This document shows positions 23,957 through 32,000 of a DNA stretch of 32,000 nucleotides, piece by piece. Each line of letters starts with the position of its first letter. Positions within the stretch are counted from its first letter, which is position 1. Under the pieces are notes generated by a model. It worked only from the letters and a program-made list of their open reading frames with translations. It did not search any database and had not been told where the DNA came from. Position numbers and translations under genes: made by a program. Origin of the DNA: Nostoc sp. PCC 7120 = FACHB-418 (GTDB taxonomy: Bacteria; Cyanobacteriota; Cyanobacteriia; Cyanobacteriales; Nostocaceae); assembly GCF_000009705.1 (NCBI RefSeq), contig NC_003276.1:180001-212000 (forward strand). Reading direction: 5' to 3'.

Positions 23957-25198
23957 TTAATATAACTTCTTGCTAGTTAAATATCCATTTTTCACCCTCA
24001 CCTGGGCTAACGAGGAAGGAGCGGGTGGCTGAACATAATAATCAGGGACTAAAGGTTTATCTTGGCGGTCATATCTTAGATTCAAATCCAGCATTTTGAT
24101 ATGACTAATGTGAGATCCCCAAACATCACATACTCTATCTCCTAATCCCATTGTGTCCAGATATTTAGGAAGTTCCATCCCACCATTCCAGCACATGGGA
24201 ATACCTTCATTGTCAAAATGTTGGGTTAGCTCGTGACGCACAAAACTTGCTGTTCCCCCGCAAATTAAAACCTCATCCATCGCAGCTATCCCTTTTAGCC
24301 ATCGTAGTAGAGCGCGAGTGTATTCTTCACGGACTAGCGGTAATATTTTCTCAAATAACTCTACATCCAAATTTATGTCTTGTTGTTTATTTTTCCGTGA
24401 TAATCGGCGCAATGAATCAAAATCTCCTTCTCCCGCTTCTACTATTGCCTTAATTAAACGTGAATCTTCTTTAGATAAGCCTACAGCAGTTCTCTCAACA
24501 AATTGACTGACTATCCAATTCATCCCTAAATCTGTCGATTCCGCTTTTGATGAGTTACCTTTCATTGAAAGTGTAAAACTAGCATTCCTATACCCCAACA
24601 TCAACATTCCTATGTTCTTTTGAAAATAGTTGACGTTGACATTACGACTGCGATACGCCAATAGCCCAGACCCCTCCAAAGCCCCGTTAAAACTTCGGAT
24701 TTTGCATTTGAACTTCCCTGTTGGGGTTTGTACACCTATCTTAAATACCTGTAAGAGTTGTCTGCCTAAATGATTAGCATCTGCTATTTCCCCTGGTGGC
24801 AGCAATATCTGTAAATAAATCTCCAAATCGTCTTTTATCCCCAATCCCAACCGACGACAAGCTAACCACATCAATGCGGCTATCTTTGGCATGGCATACT
24901 TGTATTTCAAGTCTTTTATCGCTGATGACCCAGCAAACATACTTTTCGACAGCGCTCCTAAGACATAGTATTCTTCACCAATACCTATCCACACTGTGTT
25001 GTCTTGCACTGAGGATTGGCTTGATAAAAACTCAATGGAACCGTAGCCTACATCTGCTATCTCCGGTTCCATTGGTATTACTATTGGCACTCCATCTGGA
25101 TACACCTGTGCTAAAGCTTTAGCTGTACTCGCCCCTAAATCAAGTGTTAATGCAACTTTTGTGTACTCTTTGGAGTCCGAGTTGCTTTTTCTATTCAT
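23957..25198 (-). CDS. Actin-fold ParM/StbA-like plasmid segregation ATPase (413 aa)
   Basis: The N-terminal phosphate-1-like LTLDLGASTAKA, the mid-protein MLMLGYRNASFT and the adenosine-motif-like VLICGGTASF occur in the order expected for the actin/ParM fold. The sequence is divergent. Confidence 0.6.
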   Translation of the reverse strand: MNRKSNSDSKEYTKVALTLDLGASTAKALAQVYPDGVPIVIPMEPEIADVGYGSIEFLSSQSSVQDNTVWIGIGEEYYVLGALSKSMFAGSSAIKDLKYKYAMPKIAALMWLACRRLGLGIKDDLEIYLQILLPPGEIADANHLGRQLLQVFKIGVQTPTGKFKCKIRSFNGALEGSGLLAYRSRNVNVNYFQKNIGMLMLGYRNASFTLSMKGNSSKAESTDLGMNWIVSQFVERTAVGLSKEDSRLIKAIVEAGEGDFDSLRRLSRKNKQQDINLDVELFEKILPLVREEYTRALLRWLKGIAAMDEVLICGGTASFVRHELTQHFDNEGIPMCWNGGMELPKYLDTMGLGDRVCDVWGSHISHIKMLDLNLRYDRQDKPLVPDYYVQPPAPSSLAQVRVKNGYLTSKKLY

Positions 25199-25249
25199 CT
25201 TTCTATCCCTTATTTAACAAAACTTAAGATTTTCCTAGTGTTGGTTGTT

Positions 25250-25714
25250 TCAACCATGCCAACCCAACATCTGATTAGCTTGTTTTAGTTCTTCTGGAAT
25301 TTCCATCTGCATCAATTCATCTTCTTGGTCATTATCAGAGTTGAACTGACTTGTTTGGGATATACTTCCTAAGACGGATGCCTTTTCAGGTGATGTTGTA
25401 ATGGCTATATGAGGTTTAATTAGAGAATTTATTGCCACTGGGTCATTATCAATTTCACACATTCGCCGTATAGAGCTAATTTGTGCTTCCAAATGTCCGA
25501 TTACCCAAATTCCCGTTTGCTTAAGTCTTTCACCTCTGATTCCTAAAGAGATCAGTGTCATGGGCAGCCAGTACACTTTGAGCGTAAACATAACTAATTC
25601 GGGAAGATCCATTCCAAATTCAAATGGATGAGATTGTAAGTAGTTAATTACTTTTCCGTCGGTACTATCATTTGGTCTTTTAATGGAAATTACTTTCTGT
25701 TTTGGATCACTCAT
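25250..25714 (-). CDS. Hypothetical protein upstream of, and co-oriented with, the ParM-like gene (154 aa)
   Basis: ATG start with a 51-nt gap to the next gene. No family recognised. A possible centromere-binding adaptor role is suggested by position only. Confidence 0.5.
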   Translation of the reverse strand: MSDPKQKVISIKRPNDSTDGKVINYLQSHPFEFGMDLPELVMFTLKVYWLPMTLISLGIRGERLKQTGIWVIGHLEAQISSIRRMCEIDNDPVAINSLIKPHIAITTSPEKASVLGSISQTSQFNSDNDQEDELMQMEIPEELKQANQMLGWHG

Positions 25715-26077
25715 AGTTTTTCAAACTCTAACTATAGCAACACAGATATCTGACAATTATTACATTTTTTATTCTTTAGCTTGGTTAGGATTGAATATTT
25801 AATTATTAAAAGTTCTCATTTCTCTTCTTTTACTCACCATTAGTTCTCAAAATTGCTCTAAATATTCAAAAAAACTTTTATCGAACAATTGTTATATATT
25901 ATTTAGCAGTATCAATTGAAAATTACTCCACCAAACTCTCGACAATCTTCGCTTACTCATAACTTTTTTCGCCAACTTTTATAATTATTAGCAAACCCTA
26001 CTAAATAAGTGGGGTTACTGTTGTTTTACGTGTGGAAAATGTAGCGTAAATTACTATGCAAAAAGAGTCATAAATAG

Positions 26078-26201
26078 CTCCTAAAAAGGTGTTATCCACC
26101 ACCTTTTTTGGACTAAAAATGCAGGTTTGTTATCTTTTTCTGACATTCTTGTACGTCCAAAATAGGTGTCAGACGACAGTTGTTCAACACCTTTTTTGGA
26201 C
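26078..26201. promoter_or_regulatory. Four copies of a 15-nt motif GTCCAAAAAAGGTGT arranged as two inverted pairs
   Basis: A is 26078-26092 (+, 13/15). B is 26099-26113 (-, 14/15). C is 26155-26169 (+, 14/15). D is 26187-26201 (-, 15/15). They lie in the AT-rich 1.1-kb non-coding gap between the par-like cassette and the mob gene. Confidence 0.55.
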
Positions 26202-26839
26202 TCCCTTTTTTAGGGATTAAATCGATACAGCCCTTGTCAATACTAGCCTTGAGTCTTCTTTTAGCCTCTTTTTCATTCTCAATAACTTCAAAATTATTGA
26301 GAATGCGTACTACAAAAATGTTGCAAATGAACTTCAAAAATAACTGTTTTTTCTTGTTGTGCTACAAAACACTACTAAAAATTACAAATTAGCACTGGTT
26401 AACCTTGAATCGCCGTTCAAAAATTCTGTTATCAACCATTTTATTCTGGAGTCATCCGTGAAAAATTATGTAAGCAGTCCATAAATTCTCATTAATTTAG
26501 AGTTGTTGACAATAAAATAGCCCCAAAGCCTTGATATTACGTGGTTTTTTAGCCAAAAACCCAGAAAATCAGGTGTTATGTACTTAGGCTTTAATTGTGA
26601 TTATAGTGACTGTATTACTGGCAAAATCTTGTAGATAGCGGGAGAACTGCCCCAGAAGTGCTGTAGGATCGACTAAAATAGTCGTACTCACTACGTTTAT
26701 CTACCCATTTTCGCATTTGAGCGATTAGGCTTCAAAAGTGGCGTAAAATCGGGGAAAAACAGCAATAATTTGCGTGATATTTGTTTCTCCCTCAGCCAGT
26801 CCAAAAACTCGTATTTCCAAATTTTAGCGTAAAGAAAAA

Positions 26840-28546
26840 ATGGCATACGCGATCGCCCGATTAAAAAAATTAAAGCGGGGCAATATATCAGGGAGTGCAT
26901 CTCACACCGCACGAGAACGTGAAACTCCTAACGCAGATCCCACCCAAAAAAATATTAGGTTCATCGGTAGCCTTGACCCGGATGAACGATTAGAGGATTT
27001 AGTCTTAGCCAAGATAGGGGACTCGGAGCAGAGGCGAAAAATTCGCACTGATGCAGTTTACTGTGTAGAGTTTTTGCTAAGTGCCTCCCCCAGTTATTTC
27101 CGTCCTGATTGCCCAACCAATGCTGGTTACTATAAACCCCAAAAATTGGATGATTGGGTAGAAGCGACTCACCAGTGGTTGGCGGATGAATATGGCGATC
27201 GCATTGTCAGAGCCGAGTTACACCTGGATGAAGCCACCCCCCATATTCACGCTTACTTTGTGCCAATTGATGATCAAGGGCAATTGCGCTGTAATCATTT
27301 CTTTGACGGCAGGCAAAAAATCCACGCCTTTCAAGATTCTTACTACAACACGATGCACCTGATTGGGCTGGAGCGTGGCATCAAGGGCAGTAAAGCCAAG
27401 CACCAGGACATCAAGGATTTTTACCGCATTGTGGAGGAGGGGCGAGATTTAGAGGTTGATGAGCTAAGTGCAGCGCAATTAAAGGCTAAAGCGGCTGACC
27501 GAGACAGAGCGACTGAGCGTAAACAGGAGATGGAAGCTACAGCCAAAGCTCTAGCGAGTGAAAATGAAGAGCTACGGCGACGAATTGAGCAATTAGAGCA
27601 AGATAATCAGCAATTACGACTCAAGAGCGAATGGTCAACTGATTTAGCTTTGGATGATGTTGCTTGGGAGTTGGGACTGTGGCGTAAAGGCAATGAGTGG
27701 GTGGGAAGAAACCACATCATTAATATAGATGGCTCTGGATTTACTGACTTTGGCAATGGTTTAGTATTGTCGGGTTATGGGGCGCTCGACTTGGTGAAAC
27801 ACGTTAATCAATGCAACCAAACCAGTGCCATCGCATGGTTGGGGGAACGATTTGGGAAAGCTGGCGCAGAACGTACAGCGATCGCTCATGCTAAAAAAGT
27901 TGCGGCTGACATTATCCAGACTCAAAGCGCACCCCAATTTACCCTACCCGTTGAGGAAAAATCTAACTGGTCAAGAGTTGAAAATTACCTTACCCAAAAA
28001 CGGGGAATCCCCTCTGATTGCGTACAGATGCTACATAACCAAGGGCTAATTTATGCCGACTCAAAAGCAAATGCCGTGTTTGTCATGCGGGATCTCGACG
28101 GGAATACCAAAGGCGCATTTTTACAAGGGACAGCTAATACATTCTCTGGTTATGAATTAGGTACTAAGCGCCGCTCTTGTTGGTTTTACTTTTCTTTAGG
28201 TGGCAAAGCAACTGATAAAAGCTCTCAAGCAGTGCTGTGTGAATCTCCCATTGATGCTATTTCACTGTTTGTACTGGAATATCACGTTAAAGGAATACCA
28301 GACAACAGAACACTTTACATGGCAGTAGACGACACCTCAAGTTTACCTTTTGAACGATTACGTCATGTTCCTCATGTACAAGTAGCTTTTATTCAACCAA
28401 ATATGGCACGGACTGTTAAAGAACTACTGCCAAAATCGAAGTTACTCAAGTGTGAAACTCTTGATTGGAATACGCAGTTAGTCAATTCCTCTCGTCAATT
28501 ACAACAACGGCGTTTACAACAAAACAATCAAGAATTAGAGCTATAG
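26840..28546 (+). CDS. MobV-family relaxase (Mob_Pre) fused to DUF3991 and Toprim domains (568 aa)
   Basis: The N-terminus MAYAIARLKKLKRGNISGSASHTARERE and HLDEATPHIHAYFVP (HxDE..PHxH, nt 27221-27250) are MobV hallmarks. A coiled coil spans aa ~205-262. ENYLTQKRGIP...GLIYAD...AVFVMRDLDGN is DUF3991-like. The Toprim E (LCESPIDAISL) and DxD (MAVDDT) are present. Confidence 0.85.
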   Translation: MAYAIARLKKLKRGNISGSASHTARERETPNADPTQKNIRFIGSLDPDERLEDLVLAKIGDSEQRRKIRTDAVYCVEFLLSASPSYFRPDCPTNAGYYKPQKLDDWVEATHQWLADEYGDRIVRAELHLDEATPHIHAYFVPIDDQGQLRCNHFFDGRQKIHAFQDSYYNTMHLIGLERGIKGSKAKHQDIKDFYRIVEEGRDLEVDELSAAQLKAKAADRDRATERKQEMEATAKALASENEELRRRIEQLEQDNQQLRLKSEWSTDLALDDVAWELGLWRKGNEWVGRNHIINIDGSGFTDFGNGLVLSGYGALDLVKHVNQCNQTSAIAWLGERFGKAGAERTAIAHAKKVAADIIQTQSAPQFTLPVEEKSNWSRVENYLTQKRGIPSDCVQMLHNQGLIYADSKANAVFVMRDLDGNTKGAFLQGTANTFSGYELGTKRRSCWFYFSLGGKATDKSSQAVLCESPIDAISLFVLEYHVKGIPDNRTLYMAVDDTSSLPFERLRHVPHVQVAFIQPNMARTVKELLPKSKLLKCETLDWNTQLVNSSRQLQQRRLQQNNQELEL

Positions 28547-28653
28547 TTGCGTAAAAGTCAAGCAACTCTAGTACTGTTTTTTTCAGTACCAAAGTAGCTA
28601 GTAAAGAATTTTGGGTGTCTCTATTATCAGGATGAAATTCATACAAAAGCCTG

Positions 28654-30273
28654 ATGAATAATGAGTTAATCAAGCAAATCTTCTCTCTAATCAAACTTAA
28701 CAATAAGCTGATAGCTGTCGAGTCTCCATTACAAGAAAGACTCAAACTTTTGACAAATCTTGCCAGTCAATGCCAGCAACATAACATTAACTGTTACCTA
28801 TGGACGCTGGAAGATGACGCGCTACACCAGTTAGAGACTAATAAGGAGGGATTAACTTTACATCCAATTAACCAGTATCAGGCGATCGCCAAAAACCGAC
28901 GCGAAAATTACTTTGAAATTCTCCAATTCTGGAAAACTACCAATTTACAAGGCATTCTCATACTTGAGGGTATATTTCCCTGGCTGGGAGAATCTACCAC
29001 TGACCCTGATTTTTTCTTAACTGCCGAGTGGATCAAGTCAGCCCTAATTAACCTGAAGTTGTACAATTGCAATGCCCAAAAGACAGCAATACTTTTAGGC
29101 CCTAACGCTAGTCTGTCATCTGATATTGCACCCTATATTCCGACACTCATTCAACAACTGCCAATTATCGAGGAAATTAAAACTCACTTACCCCAAGTAT
29201 TACCTGATTACAGCGCAGACGAAATTCATGCGACTGCGATCGCCTCAGTAGGAATGTACTTAGCAGATATCGACTATGGCATTCGACAGGCGATTGCGCC
29301 TGAAGTTACACCACTGGAGTTAAGACAAAAGCTTTCGGCTTACAAAATAGAACTGTTCAAGCGGATTTATAATATTCAATTTCTCCAACCCCCTAGCACT
29401 CCTATCGGTGGACTGGAACTGATGCAGCAGGCATTTAAAACTTACAAGCGCCTGTTAACGACACTGGCGAAAGCTTACAATCTGCGCTTACCCAAGGGGA
29501 TTTTACTTATCGGCCCACCGGGAACTGGAAAATCATACTCGGCTAAAGCAAGTTCGGCACAGTTAGGACTGCCTCTGATTATCTTGGAGTGGGGGAATTT
29601 CCGCAGCTACGGCAATCTTGCTGAGTACAAATTAAAAAACTTACTCGCACTGGTAGACCGAATCAATCGTGTCATCCTCTATCTTGATGACTTTGATAAG
29701 GGATTCGCTGGGGATGATGATTTATCCAAACGCCTAGCTGGTATGCTTTTGACCTGGATGCAAGAGCGCACTAGTGAGGTTTTAATTATCGCTTCGGCTA
29801 ACAATATTGAATGGCTACCACCAGAGTTAACCAGAAGTGGTCGCTTTGACGAGATTTTCAAAGTCGATTTACCCAATTATGGAGAACGGCACGAAATATT
29901 CAAGATTCACTTAGCCCGTTTTGATGCTCGGTTCCGCAATGGAGGTGATGGGTACACCGAACCTGAATGGAAAAGGTTGCTCAAAGCCACACAACGCTGT
30001 GTTGGTGCGGAGATTGGGGCAATTGTCGAACGTGCCGCCGTCTTTACTTTCTGTCAAATGTTCAGTGAAGATGTTTTGTCAGTTAGTGAACTTCCACCGT
30101 TAGAAATTACGCTCTCAGCATTGTTAACTGCAAGGCAGAACATGAATCCTCTGGCCATCCGTGAGGCTGACCGGGTTGAAAGTATGCGGAATAAAGCGGC
30201 TTTGCAAGGTCAAGCATCTAGTCCGGTCGATTCATCTATATATAGTCTCGGCAATATCGATATTTTTGGATAA
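28654..30273 (+). CDS. Ycf46-like AAA+ ATPase (539 aa)
   Basis: Walker A GPPGTGKS (nt 29512-29535), Walker B ILYLDDFDK, sensor-1 IIASANN and Arg finger RSGRFDEIF are present. The ~270-aa N-terminal domain and overall layout resemble cyanobacterial/plastid Ycf46. Confidence 0.85.
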   Translation: MNNELIKQIFSLIKLNNKLIAVESPLQERLKLLTNLASQCQQHNINCYLWTLEDDALHQLETNKEGLTLHPINQYQAIAKNRRENYFEILQFWKTTNLQGILILEGIFPWLGESTTDPDFFLTAEWIKSALINLKLYNCNAQKTAILLGPNASLSSDIAPYIPTLIQQLPIIEEIKTHLPQVLPDYSADEIHATAIASVGMYLADIDYGIRQAIAPEVTPLELRQKLSAYKIELFKRIYNIQFLQPPSTPIGGLELMQQAFKTYKRLLTTLAKAYNLRLPKGILLIGPPGTGKSYSAKASSAQLGLPLIILEWGNFRSYGNLAEYKLKNLLALVDRINRVILYLDDFDKGFAGDDDLSKRLAGMLLTWMQERTSEVLIIASANNIEWLPPELTRSGRFDEIFKVDLPNYGERHEIFKIHLARFDARFRNGGDGYTEPEWKRLLKATQRCVGAEIGAIVERAAVFTFCQMFSEDVLSVSELPPLEITLSALLTARQNMNPLAIREADRVESMRNKAALQGQASSPVDSSIYSLGNIDIFG

Positions 30274-30275
30274 TT

Positions 30276-30836
30276 ATGCAAATTAAGATCATTAATTCCG
30301 AGAAGGATTTATACGTTGCTGCTTTTAAGCTACTGAATATACTGGGGCCTGTCGCTGGAGTATCAATCATCATTGCTACTGTGGCGATCAGTTACGTCGA
30401 AACTCGTCCCCAGCAGTTACCCCTCACTCACATCCTCACCCAAAACAACCAGACATTTAAGCTAGAAGTCGCCTCTACGCCAGAGCAATTAGAGAAGGGG
30501 CTGAAATTTCGAGCATCCTTATCCAGAGATCGCGGAATGTTATTTAATCTGGGGGGCGAAATTTACAATGTACCTTTCTGGATGTACAAGGTAAATTTTC
30601 CATTGGACATCTTTTACATCAAGGACAATGTGGTGACAACGGTGGTTTACAACGCCCAACCTTGTCACAAACTTCCATGCCCCATTTATAAAGGTCGGGT
30701 GGACAATCAGGTGCTTGAGCTTCCAAACGGCGTTGCCAATATCAAGGTAGGGGATAGGCTCAAAATCCAGCCGTTATCAACTTTGCCCAAAAATGATATC
30801 GGTTTTGATAGCGGCGATTCTTTGAGAAGTAAGTAG
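30276..30836 (+). CDS. DUF192 domain protein with N-terminal TM helix (186 aa)
   Basis: The start is 2 nt after the AAA+ stop. LEKGLKFR...RGMLF......FWMYKVNFPLDIFYI......QPC....CPIY......VLELPNG fits the DUF192 pattern. The hydrophobic segment is GPVAGVSIIIATVAISYV. Confidence 0.75.
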   Translation: MQIKIINSEKDLYVAAFKLLNILGPVAGVSIIIATVAISYVETRPQQLPLTHILTQNNQTFKLEVASTPEQLEKGLKFRASLSRDRGMLFNLGGEIYNVPFWMYKVNFPLDIFYIKDNVVTTVVYNAQPCHKLPCPIYKGRVDNQVLELPNGVANIKVGDRLKIQPLSTLPKNDIGFDSGDSLRSK

Positions 30837-30859
30837 ATTGTCAAAGTATTGCTATCTAT

Positions 30860-31423
30860 TTGATATCAGTGGTGCTGTCAGTGAATCAACTAATCATAAT
30901 TTTCATACTAGCTCTGATTTTGGCTTGCTTGTTGTTGCTCGGAAGCAAGAAAAGCCGATATCTGCCAAAAAACATCAGGCATCAAAGACGGATTACAAAA
31001 GGTGAAGCTGTACTAGAGAGAATCAACAAAATCATTGCAGAACACCAAGAATCACTACCTGCTGTACTAGCATATCTCCGCAAGATAGATCCGCTTGTTT
31101 TTGAAGAATTGCTTCTGTCTAGTTTTCAGCGTCAGGGTTACAAAATAAAACGTAACCAACGTTACACCGGGGATGGTGGGATAGATGGTCATGTTTGGCT
31201 GCATGGTCAAATGTATCTGGTGCAAGCAAAACGTTATAAAGATTCTATTAAAGCCGAACATTTAGAGGAATTTGCTCAAGTTATTGTTCGTCACAAGGCG
31301 AGTGGTGGGTTCTTTGTTCACACTGGCACGACTCTGGCTAAGTCTAAATCTGTTTTGCAGCAGCATCCAGAAATCAAGTTGCTGAGTGGACAAAGGTTGG
31401 TGGATTTTCTTAGATGTTTATAG
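30860..31423 (+). CDS. Mrr-type PD-(D/E)xK restriction endonuclease domain protein with N-terminal TM helix (187 aa)
   Basis: FEELLLSSFQRQGYKIKRNQRYTGDGGIDGHVWLHGQMYLVQAKRY is the Mrr_cat core (D...GIDG...QxK). The N-terminal LIIIFILALILACLLLLG is hydrophobic. The start is uncertain (TTG 30860 or GTG 30869/30872/30881). Confidence 0.8.
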   Translation: MISVVLSVNQLIIIFILALILACLLLLGSKKSRYLPKNIRHQRRITKGEAVLERINKIIAEHQESLPAVLAYLRKIDPLVFEELLLSSFQRQGYKIKRNQRYTGDGGIDGHVWLHGQMYLVQAKRYKDSIKAEHLEEFAQVIVRHKASGGFFVHTGTTLAKSKSVLQQHPEIKLLSGQRLVDFLRCL

Positions 31424-31653
31424 ATGTCCGTTGCTGACTCTATTAAAAACTAGCAGTAAAATGTATGTCAATTCAGATACGTAAATAAACAACTTGCTAC
31501 GTATAATCCTAACTTTAGTAGAAATTTTACCAAAATAGGTAAAAAAATTGATGTTTTACCAAACCCAATGTTAGATAAGGGTTTAGGAAAATATCTGAAA
31601 AAATAGTTTATGAAAATGGCACTTTACCAGAACTATTTTTCGCTTGTACAGTT

Positions 31654-32000
31654 GTGCGGGGATTGTGTGTTAATTGATAGTAGGCTTACTCAGATAAGGA
31701 AACACTTAGTCGAGTGATTGCCTACGGCAAGCGATTACGCCATCGCTACCAGTTGTCATCCAATTGGTGAGAGAATGAGGATCTGGGCTATCTGTTTTTA
31801 TCAGGTAGCTAGTACGGATCATGAGAGAAGACACAACAAGGCAAATCGATTTAGTGTTGTCCACACCACTGCCGTTGACACTTCATCCGGCGGCAGTGTA
31901 TTTGTCGAGTTTGAGTCCTACTTCACGGCGGACAATGGAAAAGGCATTGAATGTAATTGCACGATTGCTAACTAGCAACCAATGCGATGCAATGTCCTTA
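31654..32000 (+). ncRNA. Possible structured RNA; 5' part of a group II intron is one option (truncated by window end)
   Basis: Begins GTGCG (31654-31658), the group II 5' consensus. It is followed by several hairpins, including GCTATCTG/CAGGTAGC, which needs a G-U pair on the + strand only, and CACTGCCG/CGGCAGTG. No convincing protein frame was seen. Domain V and any RT ORF would lie outside the window. Confidence 0.2.

Noticed and set aside
26113-26392. Overlapping 74-aa (-) and 70-aa (+) ORFs in the AT-rich gap
   Set aside because: They mutually overlap in very AT-rich DNA with K/N/I/F-biased composition, and the region is better explained by the iteron and inverted-repeat cluster. A small basic DNA-binding protein cannot be fully excluded.
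26697-26912. 71-aa minus-strand ORF overlapping the start of the mob gene
   Set aside because: It overlaps a confidently identified MobV N-terminus on the opposite strand, and no family is recognised.
31526-31631. Three copies of TTTACCA(A/G)A in the spacer after the Mrr gene
   Set aside because: The motif is short and AT-rich, the region is AT-rich and the spacing is irregular (29 and 68 nt). This is within chance expectation without a statistical test.
31718-31975. 85-aa TTG-start ORF at the window end
   Set aside because: It has a non-ATG start, no RBS and an odd composition, and the region folds into multiple hairpins. It is treated as a possible structured RNA instead.
1-32000. Search by eye for CRISPR arrays, tRNA/rRNA genes, transposases or IS elements, integrase and a replication initiator
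   Set aside because: None found. There are no regularly spaced 25-40-nt repeats, no T-loop (GGTTCGAATCC-like) signatures and no DDE/HUH/tyrosine-recombinase or Rep-like ORFs. Only the MITE-like unit at 6970-7082 and the excisionase-like HTH at 74-262 hint at mobility beyond the mob gene.

Overview
This window looks like part of a plasmid or mobilizable accessory element from a filamentous (Nostocales-type) cyanobacterium. Supporting signs are HIP1 palindromes (GCGATCGC), AAA_35/WD40 STAND-like proteins, a Ycf46-like AAA+ ATPase, a MobV relaxase and a ParM/actin-like ATPase. I support about 24 protein-coding genes, 2 probable pseudogenes, several hairpins and terminators, one MITE-like repeat and one iteron cluster. 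I saw no rRNA, tRNA, CRISPR array, transposase or replication initiator. Layout: 1-4.3 kb holds small accessory genes, including frameshifted pepE and a double winged-helix acidic protein. 4.3-13.6 kb is HIP1-rich and holds secreted proteins plus a translationally coupled AAA_35 pair (HTH-NTPase, then NTPase-TM-WD40). 13.8-18.6 kb is a single 1596-aa ORF. 18.6-21.4 kb holds small unknown genes and an AIPR-led operon. 21.8-25.7 kb holds an ABCG-type transporter and a ParM-like cassette. 25.7-26.8 kb is an AT-rich non-coding region with iterons. 26.8-31.4 kb holds MobV-DUF3991-Toprim, an AAA+ ATPase, DUF192 and a TM-anchored Mrr nuclease. The strongest candidate for something new is the 1596-aa ORF. 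It carries, in canonical order, the hallmark motifs of the eukaryotic-RdRP/YonO clade of double-psi beta-barrel RNA polymerases, including an exact DFDGD. Secondary candidates are the AAA+/DUF192/TM-Mrr operon and the AIPR/EF-hand-like/TM operon. All family assignments come from reading motifs by eye; no searches were run.
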